Below are positions 1 through 10,159 of a stretch of 64,000 nucleotides of DNA, one piece after another; positions within the stretch are counted from its first letter, which is position 1; each line of letters opens with the position of its first letter. Source of the stretch: Porphyridium purpureum (Eukaryota); assembly GCA_008690995.1 (NCBI GenBank), contig VRMN01000002.1, positions 1,488,001-1,552,000 of the forward strand, read 5' to 3'. Below the pieces are notes generated by a model. That model ran no database searches. It saw only the letters and a program-made list of their open reading frames with translations, and was not told the origin of the DNA. A program made the translations under genes and the position numbers.

Positions 1-426
1 AACGAAGACGAACTGGCTGCAGTACTAGCGCATGAGATCGGGCATGCACGTCAAAGACATGGCGCGGAGAAAATGGGCACAGTGCAAATCCTCTTAATTG
101 TGCAGCTCTTCCTATGGGCCGTTCTTGACCTCCGTTTCATTACGGACCCGTTGATCCATTTCATCGGCACGCTTCCCTTTTCGCGCAAATTGGAAAACGA
201 GGCAGACTATGTGGGCCTCATTTTGATGACGGAGGCTTGTTACGACCCGCACGCCTCGCCAGATGTTTTTCGGAAGATGGGAGAATATTCTCGCAAGCGT
301 GGCCAGGCACCACCCGAGTACTTGTCTTCGCATCCCAGCGACGCGTCCCGAGTCAAGCGCATTGAAGCTGATATTCCAGAAGTCCAAGCAAAGTACGGCG
401 CAAGTTGTCCCATTCGGTACTATTGA
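1..426 (+). CDS. OMA1: M48 family metallopeptidase (OMA1-like), 5'-truncated by window edge
   Basis: Frame 1 from base 1 reads NEDELAAVLAHEIGHARQRH (HExxH), then FSRKLENEADYVG and EYLSSHPSDASRV, typical M48C motifs. Confidence 0.85.
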   Translation, partial: NEDELAAVLAHEIGHARQRHGAEKMGTVQILLIVQLFLWAVLDLRFITDPLIHFIGTLPFSRKLENEADYVGLILMTEACYDPHASPDVFRKMGEYSRKRGQAPPEYLSSHPSDASRVKRIEADIPEVQAKYGASCPIRYY

Positions 427-710
427 TTGAAGTCGTCCCGTGCGACAGCAACTGGACGTCGTACGCATGTGCATCAGATGCAGGATGTGCAACGAGCCTC
501 GTAAAATGTGCTGTGATTGCGGTTTCAGCTCGCGTGTATTCTGCGCAGGTGCTCGGAAACTACCACGGACAGCGACTGACGGCTCATGTTTGATGCTTTC
601 TTTGGAAGCACAATCAAATCAGTGGGTTGCTCGCAACATGGCTCGGATGCTGGTGTTAAAGTTTGACCAGTACAGTATCACATGACGATATGCATGTTTG
701 TCGGTCAGAC

Positions 711-3700
711 TTATTTCTTCGGTTTTGTCCGCCGGGAAAGTCGCCAGTCATTCTGGTTCTGTGCCTTATGGTCGAACAAGGGCTCAATGCGTTCTTTCCG
801 TTTCCTGCGGGTGATTTGGTTGGGATCAGCAAGCTTGAAAAAACGCGGAGCCAGATCGCGCAACCACGAGCTGTCGATCACCATTGCTTCACGCATGTAC
901 TCCTTAGTGGTCTGGATAAGTTCGTGATAGATGAGCCACTCTGGCTGCAAGTGGAACAGAGACGATGCTGGATGGACATACACAATTTGGTTTTCAACCA
1001 GCGTTCGGTAGCCTTCCTGCGGGTCTTTCTTGGCTGCGTGCAGGAAGTATCCCGCCACAATGGCTTTCCGGAGCACTACGTAATTCTTACGGCAGCTGAC
1101 AAGGTCGAGTTTGTACCGGTCCATGATCGTGACTAGCTGCTTGCGAATCTCTTCCGCGCGGCGCAGCGCTCGCTGCTGAATAAAATTTTCGTGACACCAT
1201 GCATTCGACATGTGGCTTGCCTTCCATGCGTCCCATACTGCAAGCAGTGTAATGTGGTCGCCCTCGGGCTGATGAAAACGAGCTTTGCGCTGGTCAGCTT
1301 GTGCCTGCTTTTCTTTCGGTCGATAGAACACACTGTCCACGCTGACCATGGCCACGATCGTAAGCGCCTCCTCGCTGCATCCTAGGTCGACACTGGCTAG
1401 CACCAGCTTTGACAGCATGGGCTCCAGCGGAAACTCTGCCATCTTGCGCCCCAACCTGGTGAGTAAGCCCTCATCATCCAGCGCGCCGAGGTAGTACAAA
1501 GTCTCGAGCGCCGAAATTAAATGCTGTGTTGGCGGCGGATCCATAAAGTCGAAACGTAGTAGATCATTGATACCTAACGCCTTCAGCATAAGGACCACAT
1601 TCGACAAGTTTGACCGTTGTAGTTCAGGTACATTCGTAGGCAGCAACTCGTTTGTAAACGCACTTTCGGTGTAGAGCCTGAAGCATTTCCCGGGGCCTGT
1701 TCGGCCCGCTCGCCCGGCGCGCTGCCGCGCAGACGCCTGCGAGATCGGCGCAACAATCAACGAATCCATACCGAGTCTCGGATTGTACACTTTTTGCTTA
1801 GCGAAGCCCGGATCGACGACGTAGGAAATGCCATCAATGGTGAGAGATGCCTCGGCAATGTTTGTCGCAATCACACACTTGCGCGTGCCACGCGGAGCCG
1901 GCTCAAAAATGCGTGTCTGCATTTCGCTGGGCAGTGCGGAGTAGACTGGCAGAATCAACAATGGTGGAATCTTTGCAGAGTTCTTGCCAAGCGACTTGCA
2001 CCGTTCAAAAAGTATCGAGGCCGCGGTGTCGATCTCTTCCTGACCCGTCAAAAACAGCAGGATGTCACCTGGTCCCTCCAGTAAGTGAATCTGCATCACC
2101 GTCAGCAACGCGGCATCCAAGTAGTCGCTCTCCGGCTCTCTCGAGTAGAGCACTTCGACTGGAAACGCCCGACCTGGAATCGTGAAAATCGGACAGCTGA
2201 AAAAGTACTGGGAAAACTTCTCCGCGTCCAGCGTCGCCGACGTGACAATGAGCTTAAAATCGTGCGGACTGCGTCTCTGAACACAGCCTTTCAAAAGACC
2301 AAACAATACGTCAGTCGAAATGGTACGCTCATGAGCTTCATCAAGCATAATGACTGAGTACTGCCTTAAATCGCTGTCGATCAATGCTTCGCGTAGGAGC
2401 ATGCCATCGGTCATGTACTTAATTTCTGTTTCCGGGGACGTGCAGTCGTCAAAGCGAATCGAGTAGCCAACAAGCGTGCCAAGCTGACAGCCCCGTTCTT
2501 CAGCAACACGTGCTGCAACAGACATGGCTGCCACGCGGCGAGGCTGCGTGCATCCTATGCGCCGCCCATTTTTGGAGTATCCAGCTTCGTACAGGTACTG
2601 CGTCATTTGGGTCGTTTTCCCGGACCCGGTCTCCCCGATGACAATCAAAAGCTGATTATCGTTGACCGCATCCAGCAGAGGCTCTCGCAATTGGTAGATG
2701 GGAAGTGATTCACGCTGCTCCCTCATCGTGGCATTCTCAGGCCGCTTGTACCCGAAACTCGGGGCAGAGCCCATCGCCTGTCGCTTCCACTCGGGGATTT
2801 CTTGGATTTGAGAACCAACGGCCGGTGCTAGCATACTACCTGTTGAAGCGGCCTGCAGAGCAAGTGGGTCTTCCCATCTCAACTGAAGTTCATCTGTCGA
2901 GGCAGCTGCCGTCATATCGGCATTTTGCTGCTGATTGCGCATATCTCGGCGTTCTTTAGCGAGTGCGCCCTGCACTGTGGCCGCAAGCTGCATAAATCCA
3001 TCCGGGTTCCTTACAATGCGGACGGGCGACAGTGGTTGCTGGCGAGCAATTGCCGACGAGCCATGTCCCGCCAGAAATACGGGCAACGTGTCGTTAATTT
3101 CGATTTCGACCTCTTCCTCAGGCTCCGAGATATCCGAGTTTATGGCACCACCCTCTGCCGCACCGATTGCTGATTCGTTCTGTGCGGATCCTACTTTTAC
3201 TCCCGCATTCGCGAGCTGCGTCAGTTCCCAATGCTCCTGATCTGGTCGCACAATGCGCGAACGTCCAGACGCTGCTTCCGACCGTCCTCGGAAAGTATTC
3301 CCATACTCGTCTGAGTGGACCGGTTCACCGGCCTCAGCCGCAGCGGCCAGAATGTTCAAGTCTGTTCCGGTGCTTTGGTCCACCTCGCGCATCGACAAAG
3401 CGACTCGGTCGCCCTGGATCGCCAGAACCTTTACAAAAACAAGATCTCCGCGCTGCAAAACCTCAGAGGGATGTGCCATATTTGCCCCAGCACGAATTTG
3501 ACTGATATGGACCAGGCCTTCTTTGCGACGTCGGTCGAGTGGTCCACGGGTCGACCGATACTCAAACGTGACAAAAGCTCCAAAGTCTTTCAGCGTCTGT
3601 ACCGTGCCCCGGAAAATCGTGCCGACGCGCAGTTCATCTGCAGCAGACAGTGTTAACGCTGAAGGAGCTCTCGCTGCGCCTCTCCCATGCGCCGCGTGAT

Positions 3701-4178
3701 TAGTAAAGGCGAGGTGCTCTTGTCTGGATTGCACAAGCAGCTGCTCACGATCAATTCCGGACCCAAGAAACCCGCCTTGCGGAATTTCGCGCTCTCTGCC
3801 ATCTTCCAGAGAGCCTATGGGATCCAGTGAATGTCCAGCTCGACTCGTTCGGGCCGCGCGCAACTGGAGTTTTCTGTTGACGCTTTGTACAGCAGCTTCA
3901 AGGGATGGTGCGGATACTTCAAACGACTGCAGCACAGACACCACGGCACTGAATAGAGCTTCTGGCACAGCAGACGGGGGAGCAATGCCTGACTCAGCCA
4001 GCATTCCGCGCACGGCCTCTTTGAACACCCGTTCGTCCAGCTTGCTTTCCAGCGCAACACACGTTAGCATCTCCGCCAGCGCCTTATCGCTCACCCCCAG
4101 GTGTTTCCGCACTTCAGCCGCCACGCTGCTCAAGCGGCTGATGTTCCACAGCTGTCGTAGCACATCGTCAGGCGGCAT
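711..4178 (-). CDS. PRP22: Pre-mRNA splicing DEAH-box RNA helicase PRP22/DHX8
   Basis: S1 domain ([13 protein letters not shown]...EGLVHISQI), [29 protein letters not shown]-terminal [11 protein letters not shown]; first ATG at 4178. Confidence 0.95.
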   Translation of the reverse strand: MPPDDVLRQLWNISRLSSVAAEVRKHLGVSDKALAEMLTCVALESKLDERVFKEAVRGMLAESGIAPPSAVPEALFSAVVSVLQSFEVSAPSLEAAVQSVNRKLQLRAARTSRAGHSLDPIGSLEDGREREIPQGGFLGSGIDREQLLVQSRQEHLAFTNHAAHGRGAARAPSALTLSAADELRVGTIFRGTVQTLKDFGAFVTFEYRSTRGPLDRRRKEGLVHISQIRAGANMAHPSEVLQRGDLVFVKVLAIQGDRVALSMREVDQSTGTDLNILAAAAEAGEPVHSDEYGNTFRGRSEAASGRSRIVRPDQEHWELTQLANAGVKVGSAQNESAIGAAEGGAINSDISEPEEEVEIEINDTLPVFLAGHGSSAIARQQPLSPVRIVRNPDGFMQLAATVQGALAKERRDMRNQQQNADMTAAASTDELQLRWEDPLALQAASTGSMLAPAVGSQIQEIPEWKRQAMGSAPSFGYKRPENATMREQRESLPIYQLREPLLDAVNDNQLLIVIGETGSGKTTQMTQYLYEAGYSKNGRRIGCTQPRRVAAMSVAARVAEERGCQLGTLVGYSIRFDDCTSPETEIKYMTDGMLLREALIDSDLRQYSVIMLDEAHERTISTDVLFGLLKGCVQRRSPHDFKLIVTSATLDAEKFSQYFFSCPIFTIPGRAFPVEVLYSREPESDYLDAALLTVMQIHLLEGPGDILLFLTGQEEIDTAASILFERCKSLGKNSAKIPPLLILPVYSALPSEMQTRIFEPAPRGTRKCVIATNIAEASLTIDGISYVVDPGFAKQKVYNPRLGMDSLIVAPISQASARQRAGRAGRTGPGKCFRLYTESAFTNELLPTNVPELQRSNLSNVVLMLKALGINDLLRFDFMDPPPTQHLISALETLYYLGALDDEGLLTRLGRKMAEFPLEPMLSKLVLASVDLGCSEEALTIVAMVSVDSVFYRPKEKQAQADQRKARFHQPEGDHITLLAVWDAWKASHMSNAWCHENFIQQRALRRAEEIRKQLVTIMDRYKLDLVSCRKNYVVLRKAIVAGYFLHAAKKDPQEGYRTLVENQIVYVHPASSLFHLQPEWLIYHELIQTTKEYMREAMVIDSSWLRDLAPRFFKLADPNQITRRKRKERIEPLFDHKAQNQNDWRLSRRTKPKK

Positions 4179-4240
4179 CTTCCGAGGCAACGAAGGGATT
4201 GCACAAGCGGCGGGCGACGGCACTGGCGGTCACCCTCTCC

Positions 4241-6184
4241 ATGCGCATCGACAAGCGGCGTGCATGCAGCGCCTTTGAAGCGCTCGCCAGAAAGTTTTGC
4301 ACTGGCGGGCCGTCGCGCGCTGCAGCGTTGTGCCTTGAGTCTGCCGCAGAGCATGCAGTCGACGCGGTCGATGGTGCGCGATTGTTGCGCGATGCATTGG
4401 ACGTGTACATCGCGTTAAGCAAGAAGGCGCGAGGGCTTCAGGAGGCTAAGGTCACCGTCCAGAATGCGGAGCGTGTCGCGCATGGCGTACTGAGGACCGC
4501 AGCGGCGAGTCTGACTCATGCGGTGAAGGGAGTCAGGGACCAATGCCTGGCGTTATTGCTGTATGCCGCGGCGCACTTGGTGCGAATTCAGGTTGGCAGG
4601 TATGATTTGGCTGCCGTGGCGAACACAGTGCGGATGCTGAAAAATCTGGGTGTCTGGGAATCGCACGTTTCGACCGAAAGCAAGCACCACGCCGATCACT
4701 CGACAAATGCGATCCGAACGCGTGTGCTCCAGGCCTGGTACATGGCACAAAGCGAGAAGAGCATCTTGCTTGAGCAGTTGGCGCCGGATGCCGAGCGAAA
4801 CGCTGAGAGCTGGGCAAGGGAGGCTGAGGCTTCTGCAGACCACGTGGGCGCAGCGGCATGGTTGATTACACTGGCCCAGTTTGACTTTGGCGTCTCGGGG
4901 CTTCGCGTCGACGGGCACGACCAGGCGGTCAAAAAGCAAAGGCACTGGCTGGAGCTCGCGTCACATCAACTTTCTATCAGCCGTAAAAGTGGGCAGGGCA
5001 TGTCGGTCGATCGAGCTTATGTGGAAATCATGCTGGGTGTTTTGGCGAGACTGTTTCTTGTGAACGATGGAAACACGACTTCGGCAAGTGACGCTCGAGT
5101 ACAGGGTCATATTCGCAGGCATGTGGAGAAGTGGAAGAGAGAATTGGGCCCATCTGAAGCTTCGGCCACGGTCATCCCGACCATACAGGCACTGCCGGTC
5201 GAGGAGGTGGAACGCCTCGTCGGTGTGACGCTGGGCCACGGGCTTTTGGGGCGCTCTGGCAATGATACAGAAGCGAAGCGCGACGTAGTCAAAGATCTGC
5301 AAGCTTCTCTTTCGCTGGACTCCTGTGAATCGCCTGCAGAATGGTGGTGCTACCTTGTCGCACGTCGCGAATCCGTGTGGAGCTCTGGGACTGTGTTCGC
5401 AATCTCCGTGGCGTCGACCCTGGAATTACTTGCGCGATTTCTCCTTGCAGGCTCGGACTTCAAGGGCGCGGCTATTTGCATAAGGGCTCTCAGATACATT
5501 GTTTGTACGGTCCTGTCAGATTCCTTGTCAGTGATTGGGAAGGGCTCTGATGCTATTGAGTTACGGGTCATGAATGACATGAAATCGACTCTTTCGTTCT
5601 TGTCTGCGTTGAGCTGCTGGCTTCAGGAAGACACGTCTAGTGCACAGGCTTTGTTGTCGGCATCATTTACAAAGGATGCCGAATCCCGCCGCTCTCCAGC
5701 CCTTTCGAGCTTGCTGGTCGCGTTGCGGGCCTTATTGCATCCACAGGAATCAGGCATCGAGATGGAGGCCTTGGTTGCTCCCAGCTCTGCCGCACCTTGC
5801 GTTCGTGTTTTGAGTCTCTTAGCAAGGGCCGCAGTGCTTCGTGCGCAAGGCAAGTCGCTTGAATGCAAAAAGGCGCTCTCCGAGGCATATACGTTGTGCC
5901 TGATGGATGGCACACACAAGAACGAGCACCTCAGCGTTGGAATCCTGTGTCACTTATCGCGGATTTTCCGTGAGCTCGATGGGAATTACGTTGAGTCGCG
6001 TGACATGCTTGTGATTGCGAGTGAGTACGCGAGCCCCCTGCATGACGTACGCTCACTGCTTAATATTCAACATCAACTCATCACTGTGCGTACGCGTTCG
6101 GGCAGCGGCCGCGGAGCCGAAGATCTCGCACGGCTGGACGAACTTCAACACCAGTTGGAGGCGCAGAAATGCGCCGAGCTTTGA
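4241..6184 (+). CDS. Alpha-helical (TPR-like) protein, probable cohesin loader subunit MAU2/SCC4
   Basis: About 647 aa helical ORF; C-terminal ECKKALSEAYTL...NEHLSVGILCHLSRIF...NYVESRDMLVIASEYASPLHD resembles the MAU2 C-terminal repeats. Confidence 0.5.
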   Translation: MRIDKRRACSAFEALARKFCTGGPSRAAALCLESAAEHAVDAVDGARLLRDALDVYIALSKKARGLQEAKVTVQNAERVAHGVLRTAAASLTHAVKGVRDQCLALLLYAAAHLVRIQVGRYDLAAVANTVRMLKNLGVWESHVSTESKHHADHSTNAIRTRVLQAWYMAQSEKSILLEQLAPDAERNAESWAREAEASADHVGAAAWLITLAQFDFGVSGLRVDGHDQAVKKQRHWLELASHQLSISRKSGQGMSVDRAYVEIMLGVLARLFLVNDGNTTSASDARVQGHIRRHVEKWKRELGPSEASATVIPTIQALPVEEVERLVGVTLGHGLLGRSGNDTEAKRDVVKDLQASLSLDSCESPAEWWCYLVARRESVWSSGTVFAISVASTLELLARFLLAGSDFKGAAICIRALRYIVCTVLSDSLSVIGKGSDAIELRVMNDMKSTLSFLSALSCWLQEDTSSAQALLSASFTKDAESRRSPALSSLLVALRALLHPQESGIEMEALVAPSSAAPCVRVLSLLARAAVLRAQGKSLECKKALSEAYTLCLMDGTHKNEHLSVGILCHLSRIFRELDGNYVESRDMLVIASEYASPLHDVRSLLNIQHQLITVRTRSGSGRGAEDLARLDELQHQLEAQKCAEL

Positions 6185-6595
6185 TCGTTCCGTGCCTCTC
6201 GAATTCATGCATCTCTCACGCGGCTGCTCGCGCCGACGTGTGTGTATAAGCGCTACGCTGACCGCTCGATACTCAAATTTGTCCTTGCAAATCGTGACCA
6301 ATACACCGCTGCCCCGACCGAACCGGAGCAGACCCATGCTGCTGTGACTGCCTCAGCTTGCCCATCGCATTCTTATTTTTACACGCCCGGGCCCTGCAAG
6401 CCTGCGCGTGCGTTCCCGCGGACGTGCTTGGCGTTTCCTGCAGAGAAGCTATCACGTCCTGCGGCACTGCTCTCGAGCCGCGCAGCCACGCACCAGCCAC
6501 GCGCAGGCCAGCAGCGCCACTCCATCCAGCTGTCCCATCTGCTCCAGCTCGCGAGGTGTCCAGTGTGTCCATGTCCACGCTGTACCCTCTTCACG

Positions 6596-6622
6596 TAGGG
6601 TTTCTAGGGTACTTTAGGGTTT
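6596..6622. promoter_or_regulatory. Cluster of telo-box-like motifs (TAGGGTTT / AAACCCTA)
   Basis: TAGGGTTT 6596-6603, TAGGGT 6605-6610, TTTAGGGTTT 6613-6622 in intergenic DNA. Confidence 0.5.
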
Positions 6623-7129
6623 CCGTGCCGTGCGTTCCAAGCGATCGCGGTTTTTCGTATGTAAGAACTGAAAGATTCGATGTGCGAGAGCTGCGAAGAA
6701 GCATGTTGCATTTTGATAGTAAATCTGCGCGCAAAATGAAGACGCGGAGATGTGGCAGGCGCGGGAAGGGGGCGAAAGCGCATGCGCGACTCAGACACAT
6801 GTCGGCGCGTGGCATGTGATGCCAAGGGACAGCGCTGCCGAGCACAGGGGGGAACGGGCGACGCGAGCGTGCGCGCAACAACGCAGGGCACGCGTGGATG
6901 CGGTCGTGTGCGCGCAGCGGGAATGGCCGGAGTCAGAATGCGGAGAGGAAGGTCAGTTCGCTCGTGCGGGCACCTGCGCGCAGGGTGTGAGGAGCAAGTC
7001 GCGTTTGTGATGGGCGCGAGCGCGCCTCCGCTGCGCTCGTCTGCGGTTGATATGGCGAGTAGAAGTGCGCAGAGCAGGCGGCACGCGAGCCGCGCGTCCG
7101 TGGCGGCGGCGGCGTGCGCAGGGAACAAG

Positions 7130-8614
7130 ATGGCGCTGCTGTCGCGGCGTGGCGTGCTTTTGGAAGCGACCAGCGCGCCGTCTGCGTTTGGCGTCGCGCT
7201 GCGCCTGCCTTGGTTTCCCCGCGCGCTCCGTTCGGTCATGGAGGTGCGCAGCTGGCCTGGTGGAACAGCATATTTGCGGCAAGCATCGACAACCGTAATA
7301 GTCATGAGGCATGAAAGACCGCGCGAGCGGGGTCCGGCGCAGTGCTTTGTGTCACGGCCTGTCGTCCTGCCGCCAAAGCACGCTGTGCATCCATTTCCGC
7401 GATATTTTCTCAGAAAGTCCCACACTCGCGTGCTCTGTCAAAGCGTGTCCTCAGAACCAGGACCATCTGCTGCACCTGTGGATCCGTCGCCTCGCGAGTT
7501 GATGCAGGTCATAACAGACATCGATGATACCGTCAAGTGCTCGGGCGGCGTGAGGATAGGCGGAGTTCCGCTGGGAGGTATAGACAAGCGTTACTTGCGG
7601 GGCCAGTTTTACCCAGCGGTGTTCCAATTCGCACTCGAGCTCGCCGCAGCGAGTTTCGAGCATTCGCCCCGCAAAAAGGAAAAGGTCAAGATGTCGACGA
7701 TCTTTCAAAGCACCCGAGGTTGGCTGCGCGGCTCGGTGGAAAGGCTGCGCGGTCGTGGTCTTGACTTGATGCCACGGGACTTGGGCGTCACGACAAACTC
7801 ACCGTTGAGAGTCGCCGTGCTCACGGCGCGCGCACGCGAGCTCAAGTTTGCGCTCAAAATTCGAAAGAATAGCGCACTTGGACGGGGCTTCCGCGAGGCT
7901 GGAAGGCGTGCTGGGTTTTCCGAGTGGGGCCTGGGGCCGATTCTGTACGGTTCGCTCGCCGAATGGGTGCATCATGAGCGCAAGGGGCTGCGAAAATTTG
8001 AAAACTTCGAGCGTCTGTTGCGCGCCCAGCAACACACAATGTCGCTGGCTTCCAAGGACACCAACTTGAGTATTTCGTACGTGTACATTGGAGATACGGG
8101 TGAAATGGACTTTGAGGCTGGCGAGTTGATGGCGAAAAAGTATCCGCAGCTCATCAAGGCCTTGTTCATGCATGTCGTGCAGTGCTGTGATGAAGAGGAT
8201 GTGTCTATGTACAAGGATCACGAAATCAATGGCGTGCCGGTGTACTATTTTCGCACCTATGTGGGCGCAGCGACCAAGGCATTTCAGCATGGCCTAATCA
8301 CGGCACCGGGGCTGCGACGCATCATGGAAGTGGCTATGCAAGACGCGCGCCAGCTCACGCTCGCGGCATTGGAACATGGTGCGAACAACGAGCCGGAGCC
8401 GATTCTTGCGTCCGGCAACGTCGTCGTCGACGAACTGTACGGTAGTCTCAAATATGAGGCTCCGCGCGTTCCACCCGAAATGATCACACTGCGTCTCAGC
8501 GAGCTCGAAAGGGACTATGCGACCGCCTCGGATCTACTGTATTCCATGACAGAAAACAGCAAGCACGTGACGACGCACCGCAACCATCACGCAAAGTTCC
8601 CGTGGGATAGCTAG
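7130..8614 (+). CDS. HAD-superfamily phosphatase, App1/DUF2183-like phosphatidate phosphatase, probably organelle-targeted
   Basis: VITDIDDTVK (DxDxT), VLTAR, YIGDTGEMD, FRTYVGAA; Arg/Ser-rich N-terminus; start uncertain (ORF open from 6752). Confidence 0.65.
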   Translation: MALLSRRGVLLEATSAPSAFGVALRLPWFPRALRSVMEVRSWPGGTAYLRQASTTVIVMRHERPRERGPAQCFVSRPVVLPPKHAVHPFPRYFLRKSHTRVLCQSVSSEPGPSAAPVDPSPRELMQVITDIDDTVKCSGGVRIGGVPLGGIDKRYLRGQFYPAVFQFALELAAASFEHSPRKKEKVKMSTIFQSTRGWLRGSVERLRGRGLDLMPRDLGVTTNSPLRVAVLTARARELKFALKIRKNSALGRGFREAGRRAGFSEWGLGPILYGSLAEWVHHERKGLRKFENFERLLRAQQHTMSLASKDTNLSISYVYIGDTGEMDFEAGELMAKKYPQLIKALFMHVVQCCDEEDVSMYKDHEINGVPVYYFRTYVGAATKAFQHGLITAPGLRRIMEVAMQDARQLTLAALEHGANNEPEPILASGNVVVDELYGSLKYEAPRVPPEMITLRLSELERDYATASDLLYSMTENSKHVTTHRNHHAKFPWDS

Positions 8615-8779
8615 ATGCAAAACAAAACAAAAAGTGCGCTTTGGTACAGAAGGTACTGTCATTTCATCCAGACAATCGGCACCTTGAAGGCTACTGCTTA
8701 TGACACTTTTGTCCGGAGCTGGTCTTTTGCGGACGTTGACCTAGTCCAAAGCGATCGCGTACGGTCTACTTGAATCATA

Positions 8780-9094
8780 TCACAAGTCGTCATCGTCTGC
8801 TCCCAAATCGTCAACCGAAGCTCGCAATATGATTCCGCGCTTTGGCGAGCACAAACTTGGCGTGGTTTCAATGACTGCGCTCGAAATGGACGACACGCGT
8901 CTGTCTCCCGCCAGTGAAACAAACGTGCGCGCGAACACGGGCTTGTTCGTCACGTTCACCCCTGCGGTCAAACGCGTCATTGGATGGCGAGATCCAACAG
9001 ATGCGGCCGATCTGGACGCCACTGCGCGCATAGGATTTGCACATAGCATCTGCACTTTGCGCGCAGCGGATCGCAGGGCCGCAGTGCGAGTCAT
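8780..9094 (-). CDS. 104-aa ORF paralogous to the N-terminal leader of the neighbouring peroxiredoxin (copy A)
   Basis: ATG start; MTRTAALRSAARKVQML / GVNVTNKPVFARTF / DDLGADDDDL* align with MRSGLLRASARGAKML / AVNPMEPNCARAF / EETGTDDDDW of the 10160 ORF. Confidence 0.5.
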   Translation of the reverse strand: MTRTAALRSAARKVQMLCANPMRAVASRSAASVGSRHPMTRLTAGVNVTNKPVFARTFVSLAGDRRVSSISSAVIETTPSLCSPKRGIILRASVDDLGADDDDL

Positions 9095-9260
9095 CTTCTC
9101 TCCGTTTCGTTGGACAAACCTGCCTGTCTAGAAAGTAGTTTTGGTGTCAAGTTTACCAAGCTTACCGCAGAGCTCTCAAGCGTTCGTTGCATGCGGGCCT
9201 TCAAGTCAATTTGACGCCACCGTCAAAAAATAGTGGTGCGGCGTAAAGGCTCCACGCAGT

Positions 9261-9587
9261 ATGATGTCTTGCTGGGGAATGGTGAGATCGTCAGCTCGTG
9301 GTGCGCACAGGCTACGCGCGGCATTACGTCTCACAGGTTCCAGTTCTGCAGGAATCCGTCTGGGATCCGGCGCTCGGTATGGCGCTGGGCCGCAGTTGAC
9401 ACGTTGGGCAGTAGCAGTAACTTTGACGCAGTCCGTGTATGCTGGGGCGTTTTCGTCGACTCTGCATGACAAGATACCATCCGCCATGGATATGTGCATG
9501 GCGAATGTGCCGGCCGTCGGATGCGCGCGTGGAATAGTGACAGGAAGCGAACTAGAAGTGGAAGACGACCAAATTTGCGATCTCTAG
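9261..9587 (+). CDS. 108-aa ORF paralogous to the N-terminal leader of the neighbouring peroxiredoxin (copy B)
   Basis: ATG start; SARGA, AGIR-G, GAG-Q, RWAVAV, A-AF and a terminal acidic EVEDD patch are shared with the first ~115 aa of the 10160 ORF, many with synonymous codons. Confidence 0.6.
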   Translation: MMSCWGMVRSSARGAHRLRAALRLTGSSSAGIRLGSGARYGAGPQLTRWAVAVTLTQSVYAGAFSSTLHDKIPSAMDMCMANVPAVGCARGIVTGSELEVEDDQICDL

Positions 9588-10030
9588 CAACGGCTCTGGC
9601 TCGTCCTGTGTGGTAGCTTGCAATTTACCGGATGACCGGGTAAGCGGTAGCCGCGCGACACGGGCCAGAGTCGAGGAACGATCAATTCCAATTTTCCAGA
9701 GATAGATCGACATGTATTGTCTCCATACTTTCGCAGTGCACGTTGACGTGATGACTACTCTTCGCGACGGGGCCGCGTAGAGTGCTCGGCAGCTACCGCG
9801 ATGCTCGTCATTATCGTGCTGGACGGATCAGCTGATTGGTAGATATGGATAGCTCTAGCCAGCAATGCCTCGCGGCAAGATTAAGAAAGACAAACCTTGT
9901 GCGCATCAATCTAACGCTAATACTGCTCTTCAAGGCGTCTACGCTTTGCCTTCTCGGGCAGACACCTCCACGCCAAGCCCTGACGTAGACCCCAGATACA
10001 ATGGTGCGAAACCTTCTCGAGCTCGTCGTC
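9588..10030 (+). pseudogene. Decayed remnants of peroxiredoxin-thioredoxin coding sequence downstream of copy B
   Basis: 9804-9827 matches 10892-10915 at 19/24 nt (LVIIVLDG vs LFIIAPDG), in frame with copy B but after stops; weaker VYALPS / GAKPS similarity to VTALPT / GYKPN. Confidence 0.45.
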
Positions 10031-10159
10031 GTCCACGTTGGAAGTTAAATGTCGGTTCCAAGAGAGATCGAGAGGATTTGGAATCGTTGTGTTTGGCGCA
10101 GTTGTTTCGCGATCTGACGTGAAGCGCGAGCAACAGAATCAGGCTAGCATAACCACAGC

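Noticed and set aside
440..685. Cys-rich short ORF (CIRC..MC..CCDC) that looks like a zinc finger
   Set aside because: It lies in the convergent 3' region of OMA1 and PRP22 and the Cys spacing matches no family I know; likely chance
8780..8782. TGA of copy A as selenocysteine or readthrough
   Set aside because: A TAG follows 13 codons later, the position is not a catalytic Cys, and no SECIS was recognised
9748..9835. Possible C/D box snoRNA (GTGATGA...CTGA)
   Set aside because: No convincing terminal stem or rRNA-antisense guide, and part of it is better explained as a Prx remnant
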